A stretch of DNA of 63,440 bases, counting the filler, from Rhabdomonas costata (Eukaryota): the NCBI GenBank assembly GCA_019059605.1. It is 45 parts of 45 records of this genome, joined end to end, with 100 filler letters (N's around TTAATTAATTAA, not from the genome) between each part and the next. Parts side by side here need not be neighbours in the genome. Positions count along the whole stretch, not along the records: positions 36,718 to 38,029 come from JAHMHO010019758.1; positions 38,130 to 39,441 come from JAHMHO010019759.1; positions 39,542 to 40,853 come from JAHMHO010019760.1; positions 40,954 to 42,264 come from JAHMHO010019761.1; positions 42,365 to 43,676 come from JAHMHO010019762.1; positions 43,777 to 45,088 come from JAHMHO010019763.1; positions 45,189 to 46,500 come from JAHMHO010019764.1; positions 46,601 to 47,912 come from JAHMHO010019765.1; 37 more parts are not named here. One strand, written 5' to 3'. The number at the start of each line of letters is the position of its first letter. The first letter of the stretch is position 1. Position numbers and translations under genes: made by a program. The notes beneath the pieces were generated by a model. The model made no database searches and was not told the DNA's origin. It saw only the letters and a list, made by a program, of their open reading frames with translations. This document shows, piece by piece, positions 37,055 to 50,503 of the stretch.

Positions 37055-37240
37055 TGCTGCCTGGGGCTCCCCTCAGCCTCAGCGGAGCCTCCCGGGCCCG
37101 CCTGGCGGTGGCCTTCACCAGCGGCCGCCTCACCGTGTTCTCTCGCCTCGCGGACACGAACACCCTGCATCCCCTGCTCACCTTTGCGCCGCCCGCCGCG
37201 CTGCCCTCTCGCCCTGTGTCCAAGCTGACTCACCCTGTGG
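37055..37240 (+). CDS. Hypothetical protein exon, beta-propeller-blade-like
   Basis: GC-rich AG..GT exon encoding RLAVAFTSGRLTVFS. Confidence 0.45.
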
Positions 37241-38270
37241 GTGCGTACGTGGTTTTGTGGTTGTGTTGTTGATTCACCTTCGTCTCTCTGGTTGTGGTGG
37301 AGCAACAGACTCTGGAGAGTTTTTTGTGTGCCACTTATATTGTCGTCCCCTTTTTCTTCGCGTGTTTTAATTAGTTACAGATCTTCCTCGTGGAAAAGTG
37401 GATAATCTTCCCTCACCTTCCTTCCATTTTACGTGGTCCTACTTCCCTTCTGTCCTTTGTTCCATTGCACTCTCTGTACAAAACCCGTCTTTCCGCTTCT
37501 CTTTCTTTCCTTTCTGCTCGTCACTGATCATGATAAAAATGATCTTCAGCAACGAGCGCCGGCCTTCCTGATGAAAATATCGAGGAGGCTCGGCCAGCCC
37601 ATCTTTCTATCGCTGTGCCGTCCTGGCAGGAACCCTTGTCCATTATAAAACAGTGTTTTCCAATACTATGGATTCCATGGATATTTTTAGGTTTTCTATT
37701 TTACGTTTTTTTTCCCTTAATATGGGTGCCGCCATCAAACCCTCCTACTTCAGCGGGCAAGAAGTGGCACAAGATTGCACAATATACATGAGCCGCCAAA
37801 AATGGAATTGACTGACCCGGGGTGCAAGGACCAGGCGCGCGGCCGTTTCCAGTGCGTCCAGTGCGTGAGTTAAGCCCGTGTTTTTTTATTGCTGGGTATT
37901 TGATCTCAGCAATGGGGCACGCTGAAAAGCTAACCACCTGTAGTCAATTGCACGGCTTAGTTCAGCAGATATCTGCCGAGGGTGGCAGGTCTTGCAGCTC
38001 TCTTGGGGTCTACTGCATTAAAAAAACAANNNNNNNNNNNNNNNNNNNNNNNNNNNNNNNNNNNNNNNNNNNNTTAATTAATTAANNNNNNNNNNNNNNN
38101 NNNNNNNNNNNNNNNNNNNNNNNNNNNNNGTGGTGGGTGTGTTTGGTGGGTTTGTTTCTCTTCTCGTGTGCTCTGTTCCCTGTTGAATTGTATTGCATTA
38201 TTCGCATTATTCGGGAGGTTGTCGCGGAGGATTTTTGTGGTGTGTTGCATTGTTTGACTTTCTGGTGCAG

Positions 38271-39138
38271 CTCGCTCCACTGCCCTCGGAAAGGACCTGA
38301 CGGGCGTTTCACGAGCTCAGCGGTGCTGCTCGTGCACGGGCTGGCGCGGGACGTCTACTCCGTCTCTACTCTTGTGCTCACCTCCCGAGGCACGACACAC
38401 CGCTGCTTTGCGCGATAACAGACGTCAGTGTCCTTTTCATAGCCGGACCGAGCAACGCGAGCGCCTTTACCTGCGTTGCTTGTGAGCTGTAGATACCGGT
38501 TTGCTGTCGATGGGAATTTCGTGACGATATTGTATGTATATATGATCGTCCAATTCACGAAGCGCCAGCCCTTAGTGACGCCCCTCCGCTCCACAGGGTT
38601 GGCCACCACGAAGGAGCACAAGCAGGGCTTCGAGCTTGGCTTTGCCGAAACCCAGGTCCCTCCTCAGTGGTATCTGCTCGTGGGAGGAGCGTTCATCCGC
38701 CCAAGTGCGAGTCCGTCATTGCGCCCGTGTCTGCACACTTGGTACAGTTCATGATCCGGTTGCGCCCCGGGCGGCTGGGTTAGGTTCTAAGTAGCACAGG
38801 GCTTTAGTGCTTTGAAGCTTTGCGAGGCAGGCAGAGCCCCCGACTTAACTTAAATTCAATTGAGCCGCTTGTTGTCACTCGACGGCTTTGTTTTCCCAGG
38901 GACTACTCAGGGTATTTTGAAGAGAGTTCAAGAAGGCCTGACATTTGAGTAACCGTGTGCGTCCCAAACCTTTGCGGAAAATCCTTTCGTTGGATGTGCG
39001 GCTGTGTGCACTTTCGGGCTTCCTGGGCTCTGTTCTACTGCGTAGGGTTTACGGCTTCGCTACGGTTGAGGTGGAGCTGGGTCCTGAGGCTATGAATGGC
39101 TCCGCTCCTGACCTGGGAAGGCTTTTCCAGGCCACTCA
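38271..39138 (+). CDS. Hypothetical protein, three short internal exons (~38271-38361, 38597-38655, 39046-39138)
   Basis: Phase-compatible GC-rich exons. Product unrecognised and boundaries approximate. Confidence 0.35.
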
Positions 39139-39783
39139 GGTTCGCATCGCCCGCCGTTGCATACCGCTACCCAGGCCAAAGCTCATGCCAATTGGATCGT
39201 TTTCTGTCAGCCAGGAAATACTGTGCCGTTTGAGTTAACTCCCGCCGTGATACTTGCCGACTTTGTCAGCCAGCCATTCTCAGATTTTTGTTGCCCCGTC
39301 TGGGGATCGAGCCCTTTTTTTGGATTTTGATATTTTAAAGAGAATCGCGAGCTTTCTTCGTTTTGTGCTCTTAGAAAGATCACTCACACACACATTATAG
39401 CGGTCGTTTAAACCTCCAAAGTTCCCATTTGATTATTTAGANNNNNNNNNNNNNNNNNNNNNNNNNNNNNNNNNNNNNNNNNNNNTTAATTAATTAANNN
39501 NNNNNNNNNNNNNNNNNNNNNNNNNNNNNNNNNNNNNNNNNGTGTTTTTGTTGATCTACAAAGTACGAGAACGCTATTACTATTTTTTTTACTAAGGTGG
39601 CACATTTCTCCGCTTTGCTCGCGCTTCCATCTCGGAGGCACCACCTCCCCCATATGCCACTCTGTGTAGGTGGCAGAGAAATGGGGAGCGCCAAACAGAG
39701 CCGATGAGTGCTGTTGTTTTTCTGTCAAACACGGATAACTCATCAAAGGCAGTCACTCACTCACTCAGGTAACCAGCCTTCAG

Positions 39784-40354
39784 GCCAACCTGATGGCCCG
39801 ACGGCTGTGGAGGGAGGAGGGCATGTCTGTGGGAATTTCCTCGGGCGCCGCCGTGCACGCCGCAGTGGAACTGGCGAAGCGCAACGACCGCGAGGGGGTG
39901 CTGATCGTCGTATGCCTCCCTGTCTTCTTTCTTCATTATTATCCCCACTCACCCACCCTCTTCTGTGGTTTTCCGCGGAGCACAGTGAAGAATGCTGACT
40001 CTGGTTTTCCTTTGGTTTGAGAAGCCTTTCCAGAACTTTATACACCCCCCCTCCCATAAGCAACGCAGTAGCTGCATACTCAGGCGAAAGCTCGGTACTT
40101 GTTGCGGATTTACGACTGGGACTTACCTTTGCGGTTCGACTGTCGGGCACACGCGGCTCTTTTTCTCCTTTGAAGGTGTGGGAATATTTAGAAAGAGTGG
40201 CTCTCAAAGTCTCAAATGGCAACCTAAAAATCGCCCACAGGTGATCATTCCTTCGTACGGCGAGCGCTATCTCTCCACTTCGATGTTCGACGACATCCGC
40301 GAGGAGTCCTACGGGCTCTCCACCCACGATGTCATGGAGCCCCTCGAGGGTTGA
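39784..40354 (+). CDS. cysK: Cysteine synthase (O-acetylserine thiol-lyase), last two exons (39784-39909, 40241-40354)
   Basis: Reads MARRLWREEGMSVGISSGAAVHAAVELAKR...GVLIV|VIIPSYGERYLSTSMF, ending at TGA. Confidence 0.93.
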
Positions 40355-41353
40355 TAAAGGCCCCACTTTTTGTGGCGGGTGGGGACCCTGTGGTAGTGGT
40401 GGGGTAATCGTTGCTGCTAGATGGTTGGTTTTGTGTGGTGACAAGCTTCCCATTTGGGTAGCCATTTGTTTTTATCTTTGGAGGGGCTGCGGCCGAGAGC
40501 CTGAAATTGGACTGACTGCAGAGGAAAGGGAGGGGAGGGTGGGAATGGCGGGATAGGAGTAGAGCACAGTGGGTGGCTCGGAGTGTACGGCGACCTTCAT
40601 TCCGCAGCCCCTTCACTGGCCTGTTGCCTTCCTTATCATCTTGCCCAAACCCTGTGACTTTCTGCCCCATGCGGATGTACTTGTTGTTCTGCACCGAAAG
40701 TACGTTTCGACCGCAAGACAGCGCTTCAGGCCAAGACGGGCCTGAGAAGATTCTTCAACTCTTTGCCCTCTATAAGTACTTCTCTCAAGAATCGCCCTTC
40801 CTTTTTCTCGTGCCATTTTCCTTTTATAAACATTTGCAAAAAAAACCACCACCNNNNNNNNNNNNNNNNNNNNNNNNNNNNNNNNNNNNNNNNNNNNTTA
40901 ATTAATTAANNNNNNNNNNNNNNNNNNNNNNNNNNNNNNNNNNNNNNNNNNNNTGTGGTGGGTGTGGTTGGTGTTGGGGGGGTGGCAAGGGTTCAGAGAC
41001 AAAAAGACAGTTTGCACCAAGGAAAGAGAGCTCTGAGGTGGAATGCAAACGACAAAAAACCTGAACCATTTTTTCTTTGGGATGGATGTGCGAGGCAGTT
41101 GGTAGATAGAAAAGGACAGGCGAAGCAAATGGAAGAAAAGAATGACCAAATGTCGAACCACAACCAATCAAAAAATGCGCCACTTGGCCAACTGAACGTT
41201 GCGAGTTTTAAATACCGGTATCTGACACAAACAGATAATGAAAAATACCTTCGCCAAACTGGGAAAGCCCCTTTCCAAACACTTCATCCAAACGAGAAGT
41301 TAAAGACAGCTTCTGGGGACAAGAAAGGTGAAAACAGCTTTGCACCCACGCAC

Positions 41354-42185
41354 CGGATAAAGGTTGCACTGAATGGTAGTGGAGTTCAGCACAATGAACT
41401 GCGGGCACGGGAAAGCGCCCATTGAGAGCGACGCCATTGAGAGCTCCGTGAAGTACAGGCCTGTACACCAAACCATTTTCTATTTCTTCCCTCCTTCCCT
41501 CAAAAGCACTGGATTTGCGGATTCAGGATCAACCAACACAGGATGGCGCATGAGGAAGGCACCCCTCGGGGCTGGGCCCCACGCCCGGTTTGAAAGAACG
41601 GTTTTAAATTCTGCCTGCAACTCGGTTGGACTAATATCCTTCCATGTGCTTAACTTGACTGACCAAGCAAGCCTGCACACACAAAGTCAATGCACAGCGC
41701 TGAAAGTATGAGATGGTGCATTGCTGGATGCATTGGGTTGACAGGGATAGAGAGGGTAGAAGCACAGAGGGATTCTATCCACCAATCTTTCTTCAATCTT
41801 TGCCGGTCCCCTTCCCATCTTTTCTGCAATGTACTGTGCATTGTGCCTTTTTATACTTTGAAAGTGATGGACACTATGTACAATCCCTCTCTACGCTGAT
41901 CCCTTTCTGCTCCCGACCACTCCCCACTGAAGATGCATTCCGGCTTCTCATCAATTTTTTGTTCCGTGCATGTTGTTTGCTGTTAGCTGCTTTCTGCCCA
42001 CCCGAAAAACTCCTGGATGTTAGGGACAAGGGCCCACACTCAAGCAGTCAGGAACACATGCAAGCAAATACACGAGCTTGGCAAACCTTGTACGATCACA
42101 GGAGCGGTGCCATTGGTGGGGCAACGCTTGGTGTGCGTGGTGTTGCTGTTGTCCTTGCAGCCCCACACCCCAGTCACGACAGGAA
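41354..42185 (-). CDS. IPT/TIG-domain surface protein, fragment (exons 42185-42087, 41460-41354)
   Basis: Spliced product PVVTGVWGCKDNSNTTHTKRCPTNGTAPVIVQG|LYFTELSMASLSMGAFPCPQFIVLNSTTIQCNLYP fits the TIG pattern PxxG...ITIxGxNF...VGxxxC...TxIxCxxP. Confidence 0.75.
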
Positions 42186-45100
42186 CTGCAAAAGCAGCGG
42201 CGCAGAGTATGAGGGGGAGTTCCTGTCGTGACTGGGGTGTGGGGCTGCAAGGACAACAACACACNNNNNNNNNNNNNNNNNNNNNNNNNNNNNNNNNNNN
42301 NNNNNNNNTTAATTAATTAANNNNNNNNNNNNNNNNNNNNNNNNNNNNNNNNNNNNNNNNNNNNTGTGGGTGGTGCAAAAATATTTGCGGCCTTCACAGA
42401 GTGAGTGCGATGGGGAAAGCGTCATTTTTTCATAGGTTTCTTGCCCTCAATTTTTCCTGTCTACGTTTAGTTTGCACTTTCTTCCCACCCTTTGTCATCC
42501 CCGTTTTCTAAGAAGGTGACCTGCTGTTTTTAGCGCTGCTTTTGAGCTTGATACCCCGCGTCAAGTTTTGAATAATCGGGGGGGGGGGTATAGTCTTTCA
42601 GAAAGAATCTTTATGAATGTATTATGAAAGAATCTTTCAGAATGCTCTTTATGGAAAACATGTGAGGACAGCTCAGCCAGTGGTTTGGTCCGCGAGTTGG
42701 AGCCCATCTGTTTTCCCTTCCTTCACAATGAAGATGTTGCAGTGAAACCGAAGCTCCTCTTTTCTTTCAAAAAAAAAGTGAAATAAGGTTAGCTCCATCC
42801 GGAAACGGAGTGATTTGTCTGTGACATTCCGATTTGAAGTCTTTTGCCCTATATTTCTGCCGCTGGTCTCGGATGAGTGTCTCTGATTGGAGGTGTATAA
42901 CCCCCCAGTCGCCGGTGTCGCTTGACACACAATGAATGTGTTGGTTTGCGTCGCGCCAGCTTTTATGGGGCGTAGCCATTTGCCTCAATCCAGCATCGAA
43001 TTGGGAACGCGGTAGACGCATGGTTTGGACCGATAACCTGTAGAGTTGTAGAGTTGAGATGGAGCCCACTATGTAAAGAAGGATACCGAAACGGCCCAAA
43101 CGCACAAGGCAAGGCTGAAAACGGACGGTAGGCTGCAGCAGTGACCTTGTGCTGCCTGCGTCCGACACTGACAGATTCGTAGGCGGAAATTTGTCAGGGC
43201 TCCCGGCAGCATTGGTAGTAGCACTGCCCGCTAAAAAGAAACATGCTTGACAAAGAGACGCAAAGAGATGATACGCTTTCCAGCACCACGACACTTGCGA
43301 GCTGGGATTCCATTCTTAGCACCCTTTTTGTTTATTAACAGACGGTTTCCCTCAATGTTTTAAAATGCTCAATGAAGGGGAGGAAGCTCTGAAAAAAGGT
43401 TGCCATGCTCATGCTTCCCTTTTTATTTTATAATTGTTAAACCATTTACTTATTGTTTGCAGCTTTACCTCAAATCGCTTTGTAACTAACTCAAAAATCC
43501 CCAAAAAGCCTGCTTTTCCTCCAGTGACTGATTTGAGGTGGCGAGTCCGAGAAACGGTCCAAAACAGTGTAATTTTGAGCATTCTGAACACCACAATACT
43601 AAAAAAACATACAACGGGACATACTCTGCACAAGACATTGATTTTTGAGCTGATGCCCGAACACCCCCCCCCAAAANNNNNNNNNNNNNNNNNNNNNNNN
43701 NNNNNNNNNNNNNNNNNNNNTTAATTAATTAANNNNNNNNNNNNNNNNNNNNNNNNNNNNNNNNNNNNNNNNNNNNGGGTGGGGTTGGTCTAGCAGAAGG
43801 TCATTTGGCATAAGTCAGGGGGAAATGGGGTGAAAGCATGGGTTGTTAAGAATATATGTTTCCCGGAGAGGGTACCTTGGCCATGAATCTGTTTCTGAAA
43901 ATAGGAGGACCCTTGCGCAAATCAGACGAAAAATCGGAACATACGCTCGGGATGCGCGCTGAGTTGGCCAACGAATCCTGGGGTACGGAATGCGCGGAGA
44001 AGGAATGTGAGGAATGTCTGGCTCTAATAGCCCTGCTCTCGGGGCAGTTACCCCACTTCAAGGCACAGTCATTGAGGCCCGCTCCAGTCAAACCAGAAAC
44101 CCCACTTTCACAAGCGATGCCCATGACAAATTTTTAGAGTGGGTTGCTTGGTGATGTCTTTAACAAAGCTTGGCAACAATCAGGGTGTATCTGAAGGTGA
44201 TTAAGGTAGTCCTTGGGAAAAAGGATCGTTTTTTAGAAACTATTATGCCGCCCAAGGTAACAAAAACGGGCACACAGATCCAGAGAAGGGGTCGTATATG
44301 AATCCTCGATGTCTTTCACTGCTGTTTCTCATTTCGAAAAGGAACATTCCTTGAAGCACTCGCAATGAAACAATGACATACACGGCGACGGTGTTTGCTT
44401 TTTGGCATCCATGTAACAACGTGGGCGCTGCCCCACACACAAAGACTCGGTACAAAAAAGAAACGCAGCGTGTGAGGGGGAGGATCCACCCAACCATCCA
44501 AACAAATAAAGAATAGAAAGCAAGGTCAATGAAAAAATGAAAAGAAAATCAATGCCGTTCCACCGACACGGAGACGGCTTCCGCCAATACCACCACAAAA
44601 ACAGCTAGTCAGGCTCCACCACAAAATGAGAACCACTTGGAATAGCAAAGGATCAAGGGCTACATGGTACACAACCGGGTCCAATACTTTTTTTTGGGGG
44701 GGGTGTTAAACACTAATCGAGGGAGCTACAAGTTTGCCTCTTTTCGTGTGCAAATTCCCTCAACTATTTGCCGAAACTTTGCAGGAATAGAAATTTTGCC
44801 ATAAAAATCACGGTGCATCTGGCGCGCGAACGCTCATTTTCCACAACGAACTATTGCATTGCTAAACCTTGAACTGAGGGTTTATCTACACACACAATAC
44901 GGCTTCTCATTTCTTCCCATACATCAGTTTTGAAACCAGCTGCATAAAAATAGGGATACAGATCTCTCAGTTTGCGGGTGAAGGTATCAGAGGTGCAGTG
45001 CTTCTCATATTGCTCAGTCATGGGCCAAAGAAGCGCATCTACTCTGATATTATTCTGCCCGGAAAAGGCCAAAATGCCGCAAAGAAGTNNNNNNNNNNNN

Positions 45101-45791
45101 NNNNNNNNNNNNNNNNNNNNNNNNNNNNNNNNTTAATTAATTAANNNNNNNNNNNNNNNNNNNNNNNNNNNNNNNNNNNNNNNNNNNNGTGGTTTTGCTA
45201 TGGTCTCAGTGTGTTTTGTCTTGCGCTGTCTTGCGCTGTGACAGTGGTTGGGCCTCGTGATGTGCCTTCCTCCCTCTCTCTGCGCCTCTGAGAGATCTTA
45301 AAGCCCCGGCGTGCGTTTCCCTCCCTCCATCTCTCCCTATTGCCCACTGTCTGTACCGCGCTCTTCCTGCACTTGGATGGATGATGGCCTTTCGTTTCCC
45401 GCGGTGCAGGATTTACGCTGGTGGCAGAGTTGGTAGTAGAAACCTTTTTATCACAAAAACACAGTACGGCATGGGCCCTTTATGCATCATGAAGTTAGTT
45501 CTTGGCTACGGAGTTTTCTAATTGTTACGTTGTGTGCTTTCTCTGGGTGTGGGTTTTTTCTTTGACTTAGGAACAGTTGTTTCTGTTTGCGATTGTGTAA
45601 GTATTGTGCGATGAAAGGACGGAAAAGAAACACACACACACGTGAAGGAGAGCGATGATAGAAAGAAAAGTTTCCCCTGGAGCGTGTGTTTTACGGCAGT
45701 GGATGCCTCCACAGCATTATCATTGCTGCTGCTGCTGCTGCTGCTGAGCTAGTGTTTGCTTCTGTCTGTTGCAGTGCATCCTCTATGTGCT

Positions 45792-46473
45792 ATGATGGCT
45801 GATCCAAGCCCGTGCGACTCCGTCTGCGAAGACACCTGCCCTTTCCTTGCTCTCTCATCAGAAGTATGCGTTTTCCATGAGCCTCGTTTCGTTTTGGGTG
45901 GGGGCCCGGCCCAAGATACGCACATAATGTTTAGAGTGTGAATCGTTCAGGACAGATATGAACATTTTCAAGTTTCAAATCAGGTTCTAGGTGTTACCCT
46001 CCTCTTCCTTCTTACCTGAAGCTAAGGGAAAGCGTTTTGATCCTCTGGCAATTTTTGGTAGGTTGGCACGAAGAAGAAGCGGATATCCCATACTAGGAAT
46101 TGATGTTCCTTGGATCCTCAGTTCTGGTGCCACGCCACTGCCGTCGGGTCGTTGGGCTTTTCAAATCACCAAGTAGCTGCCATCTTGCCCCCATGTGACG
46201 TGTTGGTGTTCTAGGCACTGGAACTGTTCTCGAGTTGACCAAACAAAGGATGCAAAGGGATGCTTTACTTTATGCACACGGGTTTGTAGGCCTTCGTGGG
46301 GGCGTCGGTACCCCGGGTTGACTTTCGGGGGCTGAGTGCGCTGCGGTTCTGCCGCGAGTTCGTGGCCCTCAACCGCCCCGTGGTGCTGACCAACGCTCTG
46401 TCGGACTGGCCTGCACTGCGGCTGTGGAGCCCGGGCTACCTCCGCCAGAAGCTGGGCAGCCATGCCATCTCCG
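45792..46473 (+). CDS. JMJD7: JmjC/cupin-8 hydroxylase, JMJD7-like, N-terminal exons (45792-45863, 46290-~46473)
   Basis: Reads VPRVDFRGLSALRFCREFVALNRPVVLTNALSDWPALRLWSPGYLRQKLG. Confidence 0.8.
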
Positions 46474-48012
46474 GTGCCCCCCCAAACCAAACACACCACA
46501 NNNNNNNNNNNNNNNNNNNNNNNNNNNNNNNNNNNNNNNNNNNNTTAATTAATTAANNNNNNNNNNNNNNNNNNNNNNNNNNNNNNNNNNNNNNNNNNNN
46601 TGTGTGTGGTTGCCACGTTCTGGCCTGCCCTGTACTGGAGGGCCCTAGCCTTGTGTGTCCGTCTAGAATCTTGGTGACGGGCGGGGACCCCTCCCCTACC
46701 GGTGTTTTCCGTCAATGATAATCGATCCCCTGATGGACCAGTTACCAAAGTGTCCAGCACGTGGCAACTACAATATCCTGTCTGCAGCCGTTGGTGGCCG
46801 ATCCCATCAGGTAATCGCTAAATCATATGGGCATGTTGGCGTATTCAGCCCAACGCGAGCGAGAGAGGCGTTTCTCTGGGTGTTTCATTTCACTTCCCAT
46901 GTAGCCCGTGGGCCCCTCGAAACGCTGTGTGACCGGTCTTTGCAACCTCAGGCCGGTACCCACCGTGCTCCTTGGCCGCTATTCCTTTTTATCGTGTGCC
47001 GCTTGCAGCTTCCATTACCAGCACAGCGGAGGGTCTATTGACGAAGAGATCAAAAATCATGGGATGCCCTCAGACTCGATGTAACTGCAGTCATCACCCC
47101 AATGCAGCAAAGGCCGCAGCGGGAGTCAGTTTCTCGGCCAGCAACCCATCTCGCGGGCAGCAATGTAACCAGCCCCAAGTGTTCATTGACACCCTTCAAA
47201 CAGCAAAAGAACGTCATTTCAGTACTTCGGTACTCCAGAGGAATTTCAGCTCCGGACGATTATGTTCCAAAGAAGGCTGCAAGGGTGCTCTCGCAATTTA
47301 GCTCAACACTGGCGACAACAAGATGTAAAAAAAAAACGCGCTCTGAAAGGAGACGCCAACCCAACGAAGGGCTCGCCATTTTGTTTTTAAAAAAAAACAC
47401 GGATAACTGAAGGGCACAATACATCGGCACGTTTCGCGTTTGAAGACGAAGCCGAAAACAGGCGCGTTTTTTTAGCATATAATAGGCCTTCCAGAACGCC
47501 CATCTGTATGAAGAAAATTGATAAGCATGTGAGTTGAAGAAGCACAGGCTCGCACTGCAACCTTGTCGTCAAGGTCAACAAAGGTGCAGGTGATTGAGCA
47601 GAGCACAAAGCTTGCAGCTGTGAAGCTGGTGCAGGGAGAATGTGCCAGGGTAGGAGCTCAGATGCGCTGAAATTGGACTATCGTGGGCACGCAAGCAAAG
47701 GTGAACATAAACCACTGCAAAGGGTGGAGTGAAACACAATAACAAACGGTGTGAGAGGGAAGAGGAGTGAAGCAAAGGCAAGAGGGAAGCCAGGAGCTGT
47801 ACCGAGGGAGAACAGCACACCGTCCGGCCTCTTCACAATTGATGCATCACCTAAAATCCGATCATGCCGCCCTTTCCCATCCCTCCCATGCCCATTCTCA
47901 TGGCCCCCATCGNNNNNNNNNNNNNNNNNNNNNNNNNNNNNNNNNNNNNNNNNNNNTTAATTAATTAANNNNNNNNNNNNNNNNNNNNNNNNNNNNNNNN
48001 NNNNNNNNNNNN

Positions 48013-48354
48013 GTGGGGTGGGTTGTTTCAGACAGGCTGCGCGCTTACAGGACCAATCTCTCTGCTTTGGGTTACAAACACATTGCTCTCAATCACTCCG
48101 AGGCCGGCCGCGTTTGTTCACCCTCTCACCATGGTACTCACTCTCAAACTATGGAATGGTCATGGGCTGACATGAAAACACACTTTCGTGCTATGCATGG
48201 TGTGATCTCCTGCAGGGTTGAGCTCCATCTTTATGAGTGGATGTGGCGCCGAAACGTTCTCTCTTCCTCCGCCTGCTCTTTCCACTCCATTATGCTTCTC
48301 CTTGAAAGAAAGCGTCTCTTTAGACACGCTGCTACTTCTTGGCTTCTGGCTTAG
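48013..48354 (+). mobile_element. Merlin (IS1016/IS1595-like, ISXO2-type DDE) transposase, C-terminal half
   Basis: VVSDRLRAYRTNLSALGYKHIALNHSE...GTHSQTMEWSWADMK...HG...LHLYEWMWRRN matches SDxWxAY...GYxHxxVNHS...GxHTQxIExxWxxxK...YLxEFxWRxN. Intronless. Confidence 0.85.
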
Positions 48355-49423
48355 ACGTGATGTTTCTTGCAGCTTATTCCAGGAGTGCATGGGGATGCAT
48401 GTTGTATACTTGGGTAGTGGTGGTCGTCGTATACGAGCGCCATAAATATACTAGGAACAATAACACATTATTGCACACAATAACAGAAGCAGAAAATTTA
48501 CGGTACACACTCAATAGCAACCAAACACTTTAGTCCAAAAATATGGTTCTGCATATGATCTTTTGCCCACAAATTGTTCACTGTGCAAAGTCAACCACGC
48601 AAAAGAAAACAGTGAGTGACGAGAACAACCAAACGTAGCACAAATTAGGAGACACTATGCACAGGCAATGCAGAAAATAATGGAAGTGTACATTCAAATA
48701 TTGAAGAAATACAAGGGACAGAGAGCAAAATTGGCAGCCGCAAACTGTGATACTAAGTCGTACACATCGTAGAAAGACATATCGTGGAAATAAGAAGCAC
48801 CGCACGAGGAGCTCTGGAAGGCAGCGGACTCTAGGACGTGAGAGGGCCAAAATAAAATACAAGAAATGAGTTGTATAGCACGTGCAACATTGAAGGCATG
48901 AGGGCTGAAAATGGGTGGGTATCAGGCTACTGGGTCGATGGAGAAGAAGGGCGATATCATCACCTAAAACAACAATTTATCGAACTGTACACACTTCATA
49001 GCAACCAAAAACGTTCACAAAAGAATGTGCTTCAATACTGATAGTTGAAATGAAAACCTGAACCAAACAGAAATTTCTGGATTACATAAATTTACACGAA
49101 AACATCATTACCTACACTTGCTTTTAAAGTAGACTACACGTCTTGTCAAAGCACAAATGGAGCACTAACAACAGTCGACAAATCAATGGCAACCACAAAA
49201 AATACACATAAAAATCATTGAAATTACAACTACAACTTTAACACTTAGCACAAGCTTCAATCAAAACCAGCCGCTACAATCCACATCCGTAACAAAAACC
49301 AAAGTACACTAATAATCATATAANNNNNNNNNNNNNNNNNNNNNNNNNNNNNNNNNNNNNNNNNNNNTTAATTAATTAANNNNNNNNNNNNNNNNNNNNN
49401 NNNNNNNNNNNNNNNNNNNNNNN

Positions 49424-50503
49424 GGTGGTGGGGGACATCGCGGTGCGAGACGTGTGGTTTGTCGTGATGAGTTTTCTGGAGGTTGACTCCTGGAGCTCCG
49501 CTGTGGAGTGCGTGAACAGCGACTTTGAGCTGATGTGGGACGGGAAGTGGCGGCAGCTGCTGGAGAAGGCCCTGCTGGACCCCACGCTCACCGCTGAGGA
49601 GAGGGAGCAGTACCGGGCGCGGGACTCCGTGAGCCAGAGCCTGGACCTCGAGGAGGCCTTGGAGGAAACTTTCTTGCGCAACGCGGATTGCGTCAGTTTG
49701 AAGAGCCTGGGCATGTGTGTGTGTGTGTGCGTACGCCACGCCGTAGGACGCCAGCCCTGCGAGGCACGAGAGAGTGGCGTGAGACAGCGAAGCGCGGAGC
49801 GGAGAGAGAAAGCGGCCCGATGAGCCCATGCCGCATCGAGGGTGGGAGATTCCAAGACGGAAGTGAATCGCGGGTCTTCCCCAGAAAAATACGCCGCCGC
49901 AAAATGCAATCAAGTCTGTGTTCGTGCATTTGTCCGTGTGCGTGTGTTTGCGTTTTCCTGACTGGGTGCGTGGGCGGTTGTGGGTGCGACTTCGCGGTTG
50001 GTCATGTATCGCAATCTGGGCTGGTCAGCTATTTATGAGCGAGGCACCGTGCGTTATGTACTGACTTTCACTCATTGCCAAGAACGCAAAGTTGTTCATG
50101 TGGGCGTGGGCACCCATGTACATGAATGTGCATTGCTGCGTGGCCGCGGAGGCCCAAGTTGGCAGCGGGAGAGGGGCATATGAATCCAATCACCACTGAT
50201 ATGCTACAAAGAGGAGTCCATATAATATGTTGCGGTCTTTAGGTTTAACATTTGCTTTGCCGTAGTTCGCCGTCATTTGCCATTTGTCCCTTTGTCATGG
50301 CACAGACATTAACGCTTATTCAATTGCCACACAATGCCACCCACCCTCCCTGGTGGGTCACTGTCCTGCGAACTTCCGTTGTTCCCTCCCATCTCTCAGG
50401 TGGGGTGGCTGCTAACCGCACTGTGCTGGCGAAGCTTCGGCGGCGGATGGCCCGGAAGTACCGCGCGGCAGGACACGGGCTGCAGGCACTGCACCCCGAG
50501 CAG
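49424..50503 (+). CDS. Hypothetical protein with an F-box-like start (exons edge-~49710, 50400-50503)
   Basis: Reads DVWFVVMSFLEVDSWSSAVECVNSDF...W. GC3-rich exons; donor position ambiguous. Confidence 0.5.

Noticed and set aside
42148-42264. ~40-bp inverted repeat
   Set aside because: Inverted copy of the IPT/TIG exon at the contig end: artefact.
43777-45088. Intronless, protein-like but stop-riddled frames (also 18359-18640 and 57894-58350)
   Set aside because: Possibly decayed transposon ORFs, but I could not recognise any motif to support a call.
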